Shown: positions 28,896 to 38,973 of the stretch, piece by piece | Layout of the letters: the number at the start of each line of letters is the position of its first letter | Numbering within the stretch: the stretch's first letter is position 1 | DNA from: a candidate division FCPU426 bacterium | GTDB taxonomy: Bacteria > Oederibacteriota > JAJYGY01 > DAIDJD01 | DNA: 51,260 nucleotides | Reading direction: 5' to 3' | Assembly: GCA_040389285.1 (NCBI GenBank) | Contig: JAZKAF010000070.1 | Location: forward strand, 1 to 51,260 | Translations under genes and position numbers: made by a program | The notes under the pieces: model-generated | Told to the model about the DNA's origin: nothing | What the model saw: the letters and a program-made list of their open reading frames with translations, nothing else | Databases searched by the model: none

Positions 28896-29285
28896 ATGCC
28901 CTTGATCAAACCCCATACAGAAACACGTAGCAAGGAGCGAGTCACTACGGTGCTGGCGGTCGACTGCAAGGTCAGCGGCCTTCCTTCCAACCGCGGTCCC
29001 AACTTCCCCTTAAAGATCGGGGACAGTTTTGGGGGCCGAACCATCAATGTCAGCGCCGACGGTGTTTTGATCAACTCCGACTATCAGGTGGATAAAGGCA
29101 CGCTTCTTGATCTGGCCATCAGTTCCAGTGAACAGGGCAAACCAAAGACAAAGCTGACAGCCAAGGTGGCGTGGTCCCGCCGGAACGCCTTCGACCTTTA
29201 TGGCAGGTGGGCCATGGGAATGCAGTTGGTCAAGGGCAAGACCGAGGACCTGAAAAACCTATCTATCTTCTTTAAGCAGGCCTGA
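28896..29285 (+). CDS. single-domain PilZ protein (c-di-GMP receptor candidate)
   Basis: 129 aa from ATG 28896; the ORF-track start at 28794 lies inside the tRNA. Both PilZ signature motifs are present: RxxxR (RSKER) and (D/N)xSxxG (NVSADG). No clear Shine-Dalgarno sequence. Confidence 0.65.
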   Translation: MPLIKPHTETRSKERVTTVLAVDCKVSGLPSNRGPNFPLKIGDSFGGRTINVSADGVLINSDYQVDKGTLLDLAISSSEQGKPKTKLTAKVAWSRRNAFDLYGRWAMGMQLVKGKTEDLKNLSIFFKQA

Positions 29286-29305
29286 ATCCTCAATAGTTCC
29301 AAGGA

Positions 29306-29334
29306 TTGTCAGGCACATCTTAAAGGTCTATACT
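29306..29334 (+). promoter_or_regulatory. sigma70-like promoter for citrate synthase
   Basis: TTGTCA (29306-29311), 17 nt, TATACT (29329-29334), with a GAGG ribosome-binding site before ATG 29364. Confidence 0.5.
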
Positions 29335-29363
29335 AAATATCGTATTTTTTATCAGAGGTTGAT

Positions 29364-30554
29364 ATGGCCGTAGCAGGGCTTGAGGGGATCATCGCGGGTC
29401 AGACCGCGATAAGCACCATCGATGGCAAACGCGGTGTCTTGACCTACCGGGGTCTTTCGATCCATGACGTCGCCGACCACAGCAGCTATGAAGAAACGGT
29501 ATTTTTGCTTTGGTTTGGCCGGCTTCCGCGGAAAGCCGAGTTAGAAGACTTTCAAAACCGCCTCTGGTCGCAAGTCGCCCTTCCAGCGGAAACCGCCGAT
29601 CTTATCAAGCAGATGCCTGGCGAAGCCAACCCGATGTCGCTTTTGCAGGCGGCTGTCTCGGCTTTGGCCCTGACGGAACGAAGGGTGTCCGAGGACATCA
29701 AATCCGAAGTCCCCGCTTCCGCAACCGACCTTCTGGTCGGACAGCTGAAATCGGATGGGCCTGGTTTCACGATGTCCAATCCCCTGGTCCAAAAGGCCAT
29801 TCGCTTGACCGCCCAAATGGCGCCGCTGGTGGCCGCGATCCAACGGGTCATGAAAGGCCTGCCTCTCGTCGAGCCAGTGCCTGGGAAAGGCATCGCCTTC
29901 AATTTCCTGCGCTGCATGACCGGTTCGGATCCGGACCAAGCCCTTGAGAAGATGTTCGACAAGTGCCTGATCCTTCATGCCGACCACGAGTTCAACGCCT
30001 CCACCTTCACCGCAAGGGTAGCGGCCGGCACCCTGACCGACCCGCATAGCGCGGTGGTCGCCGCGATCGGAGCCTTAAAGGGCCCCCTGCACGGCGGCGC
30101 CAACACAGCGGTGGCCAAGATGCTGCTCGAGATCAAGGATCCTGCTATCGCCAAGGCCTGGGTCAAGGATGGGTTGGAAAAGAAAAAGAAGATCATGGGT
30201 TTTGGCCACCGGATGTACAAGACCGAGGACCCACGCGCCACCCATCTGCGCCGCATGAGCGAAGAGCTCTGCAAGAAGACAGGCAAGGAATACCTGTATC
30301 TGCTGAGCCGGGAAGTCGAGGCCGCGATGCTGGAATACAAGAACATCTATCCCAACGTCGACTTTTATTCGGCTTCGGTCTATTACTGCATGGGCATCGA
30401 CCTTGAGCTCTACACCCCGATCTTCGCCCTCAGCCGGGTCAGCGGATGGCTGGCCCACATTCTGGAACAGCTGGCCAACAACCGCCTGATCCGCCCCGAA
30501 GGCGAATATGTCGGACCCCAAAACGTCGTCTATCGCCCCATCGAAGACCGATAG
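29364..30554 (+). CDS. gltA: citrate synthase (small ~400-aa type)
   Basis: 396 aa. Citrate synthase signature GFGHRMYKTEDPRA, plus HADHEFNAST and GPLHGGAN. 2-methylcitrate synthase cannot be excluded from sequence alone. Confidence 0.85.
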   Translation: MAVAGLEGIIAGQTAISTIDGKRGVLTYRGLSIHDVADHSSYEETVFLLWFGRLPRKAELEDFQNRLWSQVALPAETADLIKQMPGEANPMSLLQAAVSALALTERRVSEDIKSEVPASATDLLVGQLKSDGPGFTMSNPLVQKAIRLTAQMAPLVAAIQRVMKGLPLVEPVPGKGIAFNFLRCMTGSDPDQALEKMFDKCLILHADHEFNASTFTARVAAGTLTDPHSAVVAAIGALKGPLHGGANTAVAKMLLEIKDPAIAKAWVKDGLEKKKKIMGFGHRMYKTEDPRATHLRRMSEELCKKTGKEYLYLLSREVEAAMLEYKNIYPNVDFYSASVYYCMGIDLELYTPIFALSRVSGWLAHILEQLANNRLIRPEGEYVGPQNVVYRPIEDR

Positions 30555-30574
30555 GCTTCAGGAACCTTCCAAAT

Positions 30575-30612
30575 AAAAAGCCCCGTCCGGATCCGGACGG
30601 GGCTTTTTATTT
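30575..30612. terminator. bidirectional intrinsic terminator shared by citrate synthase and sucD
   Basis: AAAAAGCCCCGTCCGG-AT-CCGGACGGGGCTTTTT: a GC-rich palindrome flanked by an A-run and a T-run, between two convergent genes. Confidence 0.8.
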
Positions 30613-30631
30613 GTCCAAGGAACGATCTTTT

Positions 30632-31507
30632 CTAACGTTTGATCAAATTAGCGACCGCTTCACCGATCTTGCTGGGATTATCGACGGTGGTGATGCCATA
30701 GCCCGCCAGCATCTTCAGCTTGGCATCCGCCGTGTCGTCGGCGCCACCGACGATCGCGCCCGCGTGGCCCATGCGCTTCCCCGCCGGAGCGGTCCGGCCG
30801 GCCACAAAGGCGACGATCGGCTTCTTCATATTCTTCTTCCAAAATTCCGCGGCCTGCTTTTCAGCATCCCCACCGATCTCGCCGATCAAGACGATCACCT
30901 CGGTCTCCGGATCGGCCTCGAACAGGGGCAAGATATCCAAATAGGTGCTGCCAAGGATCGGATCCCCGCCGATGCCCACGCAGGTGGTCTGTCCGAATCC
31001 CTGCGCCGTGGTCTGATGCACCGCCTCATAGGTCAAGGTCCCTGATTTCGAGACGATCCCAACATGCCCTTTCCGGTGGATATAGCCGGGCATGATCCCG
31101 ATCTTGCATTCCTCTGGGGTGATGATGCCCGGGCAATTGGGGCCGATAAGGCGCACGGACGGAAATTGCGCCTTCAAGATGGCCTTCGTGCGCGACATAT
31201 CGAGCACTGGGATCCCTTCGGTGATGCATACGACCGTCTTGATGCCGGCGTCCGCCGCTTCCAGGATAGCATCGGCCGCTCCGGGTGCCGGGACAAAGAT
31301 CATGGTAGCGTCCGCACCGGTCTCCTTGACGGCCTGGCGCATCGTATTGAAAGCGGGAAGGCCCTCGACCGTGGTCCCGCCCTTCTTCGGCTGCACCCCG
31401 GCGACCATCTGGGTGCCGTAATCTTTGCAACCCTTCAGGTGAAAGGTTCCTGACTTGCCGATCCCCTGACAGATGACTTTGGTGTTTTTGTTGATGATGA
31501 TGGACAT
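30632..31507 (-). CDS. sucD: succinyl-CoA synthetase subunit alpha
   Basis: 291 aa ([13 protein letters not shown], phosphohistidine loop GHAGAIV). The ATG overlaps the sucC TAA. Confidence 0.95.
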   Translation of the reverse strand: MSIIINKNTKVICQGIGKSGTFHLKGCKDYGTQMVAGVQPKKGGTTVEGLPAFNTMRQAVKETGADATMIFVPAPGAADAILEAADAGIKTVVCITEGIPVLDMSRTKAILKAQFPSVRLIGPNCPGIITPEECKIGIMPGYIHRKGHVGIVSKSGTLTYEAVHQTTAQGFGQTTCVGIGGDPILGSTYLDILPLFEADPETEVIVLIGEIGGDAEKQAAEFWKKNMKKPIVAFVAGRTAPAGKRMGHAGAIVGGADDTADAKLKMLAGYGITTVDNPSKIGEAVANLIKR

Positions 31508-32682
31508 TATTTCACCGCCTGAACGATTTTGAGTGTCGCGTCGTCAAAGCCCTCGGCGGGCGTGATGGGAAGTCCCGATCCGGCGATCATCTTGCGGCCA
31601 AGGTCCGCATTGGTGCCCTCAAGCCTGACCACCATGGGGACCGATAGTTTGACTTCCTTAGCCGCGTCGATCACGCCTTGGGCTACCAAGTCGCAGCGCA
31701 CAATGCCGCCAAAGATATTGACCAAGATCCCCTTCACCTGGGTGTCAGAAAGAAGGAGCCGGAAAGCCGCGGCCATGGTGTCCTTGTTCGCGCCGCCGCC
31801 GACGTCCAGAAAATTATTAGGCGAACCGCCGTGCAACTTGATCAAGTCCATGGTGGCCATGGCCAATCCGGCGCCGTTGACCAGGCAGCCGATATTGCCT
31901 TCCAAGGCGATATAATTGAGCCCAGATTCCTGGGCCTTGACCTCTTTAGGATTCTCCTCGGCCACGTCCCGCATGGCTTCGATGTCGGGGTGGCGGAACA
32001 AAGCGTTATCCTCGATGGCCAGTTTTGCGTCCAAGGCCACCACCTTATTTTGAGGGGTGATGATCAGTGGATTCACCTCGACCAGGGAGGCGTCGTATTT
32101 GAAAAAAGCCCGCGAAAGGCCCATCAGCAGTTCCGTCAATTCGACGTAAACCGTGGAATCCGAGGGATAGCCAGGCGCCAGGCGAAATGCCAGATCCCGC
32201 GCTTGATAAGGCTGGAGCCCGGCCAAAGGATCGATCAAAGTCTTGAGAATGGCTTCGGGCTTCGAAACGGCCAACTGCTCGATCTCCATGCCGCCTTCGG
32301 CGCTGGAAATCATCATCGGCTGGCCGCTATGACGGTCGATCAGCAGGGACACATAGATCTCTTTGGCGATATCGCAGGCTTCGACCATCAGGATCTTTTT
32401 GACCTTCACGCCCTGGGGCCCGGTCTGATTGCTGACCAATTGCATGCCCAGGATCGCCTTGGCCTTTTCCTTCAGCTCTTCCTTGGTCTTGGCCAGTTTG
32501 ACTCCGCCAGCCTTGCCGCGTCCGCCGGCGTGGACCTGGGCTTTGACCACCCAGGGCCCTGACCCGCTGATCCCAGACACAGCGGCGTCGATCCCCGAGG
32601 CTTCAGAGACGACCACGCCTTTGATCACATAGACGCCGCAGGTCTCGAGAAGGTCCTTTGCCTGGTATTCGTGGAGTTTCAT
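31507..32682 (-). CDS. sucC: succinyl-CoA synthetase subunit beta (ATP-grasp)
   Basis: 391 aa ([32 protein letters not shown]). Confidence 0.95.
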   Translation of the reverse strand: MKLHEYQAKDLLETCGVYVIKGVVVSEASGIDAAVSGISGSGPWVVKAQVHAGGRGKAGGVKLAKTKEELKEKAKAILGMQLVSNQTGPQGVKVKKILMVEACDIAKEIYVSLLIDRHSGQPMMISSAEGGMEIEQLAVSKPEAILKTLIDPLAGLQPYQARDLAFRLAPGYPSDSTVYVELTELLMGLSRAFFKYDASLVEVNPLIITPQNKVVALDAKLAIEDNALFRHPDIEAMRDVAEENPKEVKAQESGLNYIALEGNIGCLVNGAGLAMATMDLIKLHGGSPNNFLDVGGGANKDTMAAAFRLLLSDTQVKGILVNIFGGIVRCDLVAQGVIDAAKEVKLSVPMVVRLEGTNADLGRKMIAGSGLPITPAEGFDDATLKIVQAVK

Positions 32683-32693
32683 ATGATATTCCC

Positions 32694-33635
<942 letters not shown>

Positions 33636-33659
33636 TCAATATAGGTGAAAAATAATTTT

Positions 33660-33735
33660 GGAGGTGGCGATGGGATTCGAACCCATGAATAACGGTTTTG
33701 CAGACCGTCCCCTTAGACCGCTTGGGTACGCCACC
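33660..33735 (-). tRNA. tRNA-Cys (anticodon GCA)
   Basis: The reverse complement reads GGTGGCGTACCCAAGCGGTCTAAGGGGACGGTCTGCAAAACCGTTATTCATGGGTTCGAATCCCATCGCCACCT. Cloverleaf fold, anticodon GCA (33702-33700), U73 discriminator typical of tRNA-Cys. The 3' tail is CCC, not CCA. Confidence 0.88.
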
Positions 33736-33769
33736 AAAACGAATACCGGACTGAGAAAAATAGCACCCT

Positions 33770-34318
33770 TTAATGCAGGGCGTCAATTTTCTTTTTTATG
33801 CGTTGCATGGCCTGTTGAAGGGAGCTTTCATCAGCGGCGACGGCGGTTTCGCCGGGAAAGAACTCGCGAAGGATCTGGTTGAGCTTCAAGCGCACGCGCC
33901 TGAGATCAGACTCATCGAAATAGGCCTCAGCGGCCTCGAATCGCTCCAACAGCACCATCAACCGCTCTTCCTTTTGCATGGATCGGCGATGCTCGGCCTC
34001 TTTTTGGAGCTTCCGCCGTTGTGCCGGACCCGGGTGCTGCGCTGGAGGAGAAAGCCGCAGGCGAATGACGGCCCCACCCTGCTCATAATGCTGGGATTCG
34101 ATGCTGCTGTAATAAGCCGAAAGCACCTCTTTCTCCACGCGGGAGCGCAATCGCGGGGTTCCATCGCCGTGGATGCCGATCCCCGTGATGATCCTGACCT
34201 CTTTCCATCCGTTTCGGAGGGCCATGTCCAAAAAACCACGGCAAGCCGCAAGGGCGGGTTCCGGCCCAGGCCCGGGGATTTTTTCGGGATGCAAGTCAAT
34301 AAATGGGAGCTCTGACAT
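33770..34318 (-). CDS. Smr-domain protein with a C-terminal coiled-coil tail
   Basis: 182 aa. The N-terminal region resembles an Smr domain (IDLHPE...WKEVRIITGIGIHGDGTPRLRSRVEKEVL); the rest is charged and helical. Divergent from dnaA. Confidence 0.55.
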   Translation of the reverse strand: MSELPFIDLHPEKIPGPGPEPALAACRGFLDMALRNGWKEVRIITGIGIHGDGTPRLRSRVEKEVLSAYYSSIESQHYEQGGAVIRLRLSPPAQHPGPAQRRKLQKEAEHRRSMQKEERLMVLLERFEAAEAYFDESDLRRVRLKLNQILREFFPGETAVAADESSLQQAMQRIKKKIDALH

Positions 34319-34420
34319 TAATTTTCCGGTCCTGTTTTTGCATTGAACTTCCTGGCCGGTTGATTATAATGACTCCGCTTCTGAATGACAGCCCTCGATA
34401 CGTTTTTTTGAGGCATCGAC

Positions 34421-35800
34421 TTGACGCTGGTCAAAGAACCCCTTTGGCGCCAGACGCTGGACCTATTGTCCTCCAAGCTGGACGCCTCCTCGTACGATAC
34501 CTGGTTTTCTTCCACATCGGCCACCTGGACAGAAAATACCCTGGTGATCCACGTCCCCAGCCAGTTTATCCTCGAATGGATAAGCATGCACTACCTGCCT
34601 GCCCTCCGGGAATCCATCGAAAAGGCAGCGGGAAAACCGGTCGAATTCTCCTTTAAAGTCGATGAATCGAGCCGCAAACGCTGGGAAGACCAGATCAAAA
34701 AGGGCCACGACGCCGCCCTAGAGACCGGCACGAAGGCCGTCCCTAAAGCCATCGCCTACCAGCCGTCCGCCGAGATCCTAAAAGGGATCCCCCTCAACCA
34801 GCGCTACAATTTCGATAATTTCATCATCGGCAACAGCAATCGCTTCGCCTGCGCCGCTTCGATGGCGGTGGGCGAGTCCCCGAGCATGTCCTATAACCCC
34901 TTGTTCATCTACGGCAAGGTGGGATTGGGCAAGACCCATCTGTTGCATGCCATCGCCAACCATATCCGCCGGACCCAGCCTGAAAAAAGGGTGCTCTACG
35001 TGTCCTCCGAGATATTCTTGAACGAGATGGTGCGCTGCCTGCGGTCCAACCGCATGGACGAATTCCGGACCGGATTCCGCGACATCGATGTGCTGCTGGT
35101 GGACGACATCCAGTTCATGGAGAAAAAAGACTCGATGCAGCAGGAGTTCTACCAGACCTTCAACGCCCTGTTCGAGCATTCCAAGCAGATCGTGGCCAGC
35201 TCAGATTCCCACCCCAGGGACATCCAGGTCTTTGACAAGCTGCGTTCCCGTTTTGAGTGGGGCCTGACCGTCGATATCCAGTCCCCCGACCTGGAGACCC
35301 GCATCGCGATCTTGAAGAAGAAGTGCGAGTTGGAAGGCCTGATGGTCCCCAACGATGTGATCCTCTTGATCGCCGAATCCATGCGCAACAATATCCGAGA
35401 TATGGAGGGTTCGCTGACCAGGGTCGCGGCCTACGCCTCCCTGACCAAGCAGGAGCTCACCCTGGATCAGGCCCGCCAGGTCTTACGCGACGTGCTGAAC
35501 ATCGAGACCCGGGTGGTCGGCATCGACAGGATCCAGAACGAGACCGCGGCCAACTATAATATCAAGGTCTCGGAACTCCGGGGGCGCACCCGCACCGCGA
35601 ACGTCGTCATGGCGCGCCAGGTGGCCATGTACATCGCGCGCGAACTGACCCAGGCCTCCCTGACGGAAATCGGCGAGAGCTTCGGGGGCAAGAACCACTC
35701 CACCGTCATCTATGCTATCGAACGCGTCCGCGAAGAGATGGAGAAGAACGGAGTCTTTGTCTCCCAGGTCGACAACTTGGTCAGGCGCATCAAGGCCTGA
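34421..35800 (+). CDS. dnaA: chromosomal replication initiator DnaA
   Basis: 459 aa. AAA+ motifs [13 protein letters not shown] and LLVDDIQF, sensor [10 protein letters not shown]-terminal DNA-binding helix ([11 protein letters not shown]). TTG start with GAGG 7 nt upstream. Confidence 0.95.
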   Translation: MTLVKEPLWRQTLDLLSSKLDASSYDTWFSSTSATWTENTLVIHVPSQFILEWISMHYLPALRESIEKAAGKPVEFSFKVDESSRKRWEDQIKKGHDAALETGTKAVPKAIAYQPSAEILKGIPLNQRYNFDNFIIGNSNRFACAASMAVGESPSMSYNPLFIYGKVGLGKTHLLHAIANHIRRTQPEKRVLYVSSEIFLNEMVRCLRSNRMDEFRTGFRDIDVLLVDDIQFMEKKDSMQQEFYQTFNALFEHSKQIVASSDSHPRDIQVFDKLRSRFEWGLTVDIQSPDLETRIAILKKKCELEGLMVPNDVILLIAESMRNNIRDMEGSLTRVAAYASLTKQELTLDQARQVLRDVLNIETRVVGIDRIQNETAANYNIKVSELRGRTRTANVVMARQVAMYIARELTQASLTEIGESFGGKNHSTVIYAIERVREEMEKNGVFVSQVDNLVRRIKA

Positions 35801-35820
35801 TCGACCGCTTCGTTTCAAAA

Positions 35821-35856
35821 TAAAAAAGCCCGCTGAGATCAGCGGGCTTTTTTATT
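35821..35856. terminator. bidirectional intrinsic terminator between dnaA and the DUF366 gene
   Basis: AAAAAAGCCCGCTGAGATCAGCGGGCTTTTTT: a GC-rich inverted repeat flanked by A6 and T6, between convergent genes. Confidence 0.8.
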
Positions 35857-35869
35857 TTATAAGGCGGGA

Positions 35870-36427
35870 TCAGGCGACCCCGCGGACCTTGGAACGGGCG
35901 ACACGCCGCCGAAGGTGGTCGGCCACATAGCCCTTCAAAAGAGCGTCCGCGAAAGTTCTTGGATCCAAACGCAGGTCCTTCAAGCCAAGCGTCTTCACCG
36001 GAGTCCCTTCGGAGACGACATTGATGCCAAAGTGGATCTTAGACGATACCGGGGTCAAGGTGGCGATCGAAACGCTCATCTTCGCCTTCCCCGCGTACAA
36101 GTCATTGCCGTCCCGGACGACCCTGACTTTTTTTTGGGACCGATTCAGGAGATCCTGGGCGGAGCACACCAACAGATATTGCCGCAAGATCGCCGCTTCA
36201 AGGTCCTGGTCAAAATGCTCGACGATAAAATGGAGCATGCTTTGGGAGTAGATAAAGGCGCCGGCCAAGGCGTCTTCAACGTCGACCAGGGCCTCCACCG
36301 TCACCTCGCAGGGGCCCTGAAAAGCCACGATCGAATCTCCCTGCACCCCATATTTTTTGTATGCCCACAGGGACTGCAGGGGTTCCCCGCCATAGGCGAT
36401 CTCGCCTTTTAGATACTTTTGCTTCAT
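35870..36427 (-). CDS. DUF366-family protein (function unknown)
   Basis: 185 aa. I recognise it from memory as DUF366-like (GPCEVTVEALVDVED..., MLHFIVEHF, KMSVSIAT...KIHFGINV). The ATG overlaps the murI stop (ATGA). Confidence 0.5.
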   Translation of the reverse strand: MKQKYLKGEIAYGGEPLQSLWAYKKYGVQGDSIVAFQGPCEVTVEALVDVEDALAGAFIYSQSMLHFIVEHFDQDLEAAILRQYLLVCSAQDLLNRSQKKVRVVRDGNDLYAGKAKMSVSIATLTPVSSKIHFGINVVSEGTPVKTLGLKDLRLDPRTFADALLKGYVADHLRRRVARSKVRGVA

Positions 36428-37254
36428 CGTTTGGGACCTAAAACGACCTGGGTGACCTTAGGTAACGGGCGGCCGAGGAATCGCCTGCCCATGACCCCAA
36501 AACGCCCGGGAAGATCCGACACGTAGAATTCGTGGGTGGAAAAAGGCCGGTTTTTTTTGAGGGACAGCGATCCGCTGAGGCGGAGCACCTCTTTGACCTC
36601 GCGGGCCGTTTCCCTGGCCGAATCCACCAGCGCTATCTTGGGTCCCAGGACTCGGGCGATCACGGAACGCAGTAAAGGGTAATGGGTGCAGCCAAGGACC
36701 AGCGTATCGATCCCCTTAGCTTTAAGGGGAAGCAGATATTCCCTGGCGATCTCTTCGGACGCCTTGTGGCCGCTCCAGCCTTCTTCCGCCAAAGGCACGA
36801 AAAGAGGACACGCTTTGACGAACACCTTCGCGCGGGGGTTCAAGTCGCGGATGGCTCGCTGATAGGCTCCGGAAGAGATCGTCGCGTGGGTCCCGATGAC
36901 CCCCAGCTTGGGCCGCTTGCCGCCGGGCGCCGAGGTCGCCGCCCGCGCCCCTGCAAGGATCACCCCGAGCACCGGGACCGGAAAGCCCGCCTGAAGGGCA
37001 GGCAGGCTGTAGGCGGAGGAGGAATTGCAGGCCACGACAAGGAATTTTATTTTTTTAGAGCTCAGGAATTTGGCGTCTTCGAGGGCGAAGCGGATCAAGC
37101 TTTTGGGGCTTTTGTTGCCATAGGGGGCGCGGGCGGTGTCGCCAAAATAAACGATGCGTTCCCCGGGCAATTGCCTAAGTATCTCGCGCACCACGGTCAA
37201 ACCGCCGATGCCGGAGTCGAACACGCCGATGGCCCAGTCGCGCCCCGGCTTCAC
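36424..37254 (-). CDS. murI: glutamate racemase
   Basis: 276 aa (GVFDSGIGGLTV, VVACNSSS, LGCTHYPLL). The GTG start overlaps the cimA stop (GTGA). Confidence 0.92.
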   Translation of the reverse strand: MKPGRDWAIGVFDSGIGGLTVVREILRQLPGERIVYFGDTARAPYGNKSPKSLIRFALEDAKFLSSKKIKFLVVACNSSSAYSLPALQAGFPVPVLGVILAGARAATSAPGGKRPKLGVIGTHATISSGAYQRAIRDLNPRAKVFVKACPLFVPLAEEGWSGHKASEEIAREYLLPLKAKGIDTLVLGCTHYPLLRSVIARVLGPKIALVDSARETAREVKEVLRLSGSLSLKKNRPFSTHEFYVSDLPGRFGVMGRRFLGRPLPKVTQVVLGPKR

Positions 37255-38825
37255 CCTTTGACGCCGTCCTTGGTCAACTTGTATTCCAAGGAATCGACCA
37301 AGGCTTCCCAGGACGCCTGGATCATGTTCTCGTGCACGCCCACGGTATTCCAGGTGTCCTTGCCGTCCGTGGATTGGATCAGCACCCTCACCTTGGCGGC
37401 GGTGCCGCCAGCGGAATGGAGCACACGCACCTTATAGTCCGTCAGGATCACCGATCTCAAGGCGGGATAGGACGACGAAAGGGCTTTCCGGAGGGCCAAG
37501 TCCATGGCGTTGACCGGGCCATTCCCCTCGGCGGCGGCCAACTGCCGCTTCCCCTTCACCATCAACTTGACCGTCGCCTCGGACGGCTCCAATTCATGGC
37601 GGCGCTCGACGTCCACGTGATAGCTCTCCAACTCGAAGAACTTCTTGCGGCTTCCCAGGTGGGAAAGCATCAGCATCTGAAAAGACGCGTCCGCGCCTTC
37701 GAACTGATAGCCCTGCTGTTCGCGATCCTTGACCAACTCCATGATCTCGCGGGCGCTCTCTTTATCCTTCAGCTTGAGCCCGTATTGGGCGGCTTTGGAC
37801 TGGATCGCGGCCCGTCCCGCCTGCTCGGAAACCAGCATGCGGCGCTCATTGCCGACGCTCTGGGGGGGGATATGCTCGTAGGACCTCGAATCCTTGACCA
37901 TGGCGTCGATATGCACCCCCGCCTTATGGGCAAAGGCCGAAAATCCGACAAAAGGCTGGTGGTCGCTGAGGGGCACGTTGGCGATCGAAGAGATGGCGCG
38001 AGCGATCTCCGCAAGCCGGGGGATGGACTTCTCAGGGATGCTATCGATGCCCATTTTGAACTTGAGATTAGGTATCACCGACGCGAGGTTGGCGTTTCCG
38101 CAGCGTTCGCCAAGGCCATTCATGCATCCCTGCACGTGGATCGCGCCGCGCGCGACCGCCGCCAGGGTATTCGCCACCGCCAGTTCCCCGTCATTATGGA
38201 CATGGACCCCGATGCGCCCGGAGGGAAAGCTCTTCACCACCTCGGTGACGGCCTCTTCGATCTCCCAGGGAAGGCAGCCTCCATTGGTGTCACAAAGCAC
38301 CAGCCTATCCGCGCCCGCGTCAAAAGCGGCACGCAGGCACCGCAGGGCGTAGGACGCGTTGCGCTTGTACCCGTCAAAGAAATGCTCCGCGTCAAAAAAA
38401 ACCATCTCCCGGCGTTTCCGCAGCTCGCGGACGCTGCTGGAGATCATGGCCAGATTTTCGTCGAGCGTGGTCCTCAGGACCTTTTCGACGTGAAGGTCCC
38501 AGGTCTTTCCGAAGATGCAGACCAAGTCGGTCTCCGCTTTGAGCAAAGACCTCAGCAGCGGATCGGTTCCCGCCTTGCCATTGGCCCGGCGCGTGGCCCC
38601 AAAGGCCACCAAGCGCGAGCGTTTCAGTTTCAGGCGCTTGGCGCGCCGAAAAAATTCCATGTCCTTGGCATTGGCGGGCGAGGGCCAGCCGCCTTCGATG
38701 AAATGCATGCCCAGCTCATCGAGCTTCTGGGCGACCGCCAGCTTGTCTTCGATCGAAAAGCTGACGTCCTCGCCCTGGGAGCCATCCCGCAAGGTCGTAT
38801 CAAAGATCTCTACCCGTGGTTTCAT
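37251..38825 (-). CDS. cimA: (R)-citramalate synthase (LeuA/CimA family, long form)
   Basis: 524 aa from ATG 38825 (MKPRVEIFDTTLRDGSQGEDVSFSIEDKL...IEGGWPSPANAKDMEFF), with a C-terminal LeuA-dimer-type regulatory domain. The N-terminal pattern matches the CimA-type subfamily rather than LeuA. As I recall, cimA is also adjacent to aspartokinase in Geobacter. Confidence 0.8.
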   Translation of the reverse strand: MKPRVEIFDTTLRDGSQGEDVSFSIEDKLAVAQKLDELGMHFIEGGWPSPANAKDMEFFRRAKRLKLKRSRLVAFGATRRANGKAGTDPLLRSLLKAETDLVCIFGKTWDLHVEKVLRTTLDENLAMISSSVRELRKRREMVFFDAEHFFDGYKRNASYALRCLRAAFDAGADRLVLCDTNGGCLPWEIEEAVTEVVKSFPSGRIGVHVHNDGELAVANTLAAVARGAIHVQGCMNGLGERCGNANLASVIPNLKFKMGIDSIPEKSIPRLAEIARAISSIANVPLSDHQPFVGFSAFAHKAGVHIDAMVKDSRSYEHIPPQSVGNERRMLVSEQAGRAAIQSKAAQYGLKLKDKESAREIMELVKDREQQGYQFEGADASFQMLMLSHLGSRKKFFELESYHVDVERRHELEPSEATVKLMVKGKRQLAAAEGNGPVNAMDLALRKALSSSYPALRSVILTDYKVRVLHSAGGTAAKVRVLIQSTDGKDTWNTVGVHENMIQASWEALVDSLEYKLTKDGVKG

Positions 38826-38832
38826 GGCAGCC

Positions 38833-38973
38833 TTAGTCCAGCACCAGGCGGATGGCGGCCATATAAAGGGCCCCAAGCGTCACCGCGATCGCGGCCACCG
38901 CGATCCCATGCCAGGTCGATCCGAGATCGCGGTCAGAGATAGCGACCGCTCCGTGGTCGGCTCCCCTCGCCAT
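38833..38973 (-). CDS. candidate 46-aa single-TM small protein
   Basis: [46 protein letters not shown]. The ATG overlaps the lysC stop (TGATG), and the stop lies 7 nt before the cimA ATG. Third codon positions are GC-rich, like the neighbouring genes. It falls below the ORF-track size cut-off. Confidence 0.4.
   Translation of the reverse strand: MARGADHGAVAISDRDLGSTWHGIAVAAIAVTLGALYMAAIRLVLD

Noticed and set aside
28635-29363. Possible genomic-island integration site at tRNA-Leu (and at tRNA-Cys, 33660-33735)
   Set aside because: There is no integrase, no direct repeat of the tRNA 3' end, and no mobile-element genes. Only a single small PilZ gene follows before core TCA-cycle genes resume.
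34319-34420. Possible oriC or DnaA-box region upstream of dnaA
   Set aside because: It is only 102 bp. I found no 9-mer within one mismatch of TTATCCACA and no extended AT-rich unwinding element. A weak promoter-like TTGAAC/TATAAT pair has a short 15-nt spacer.
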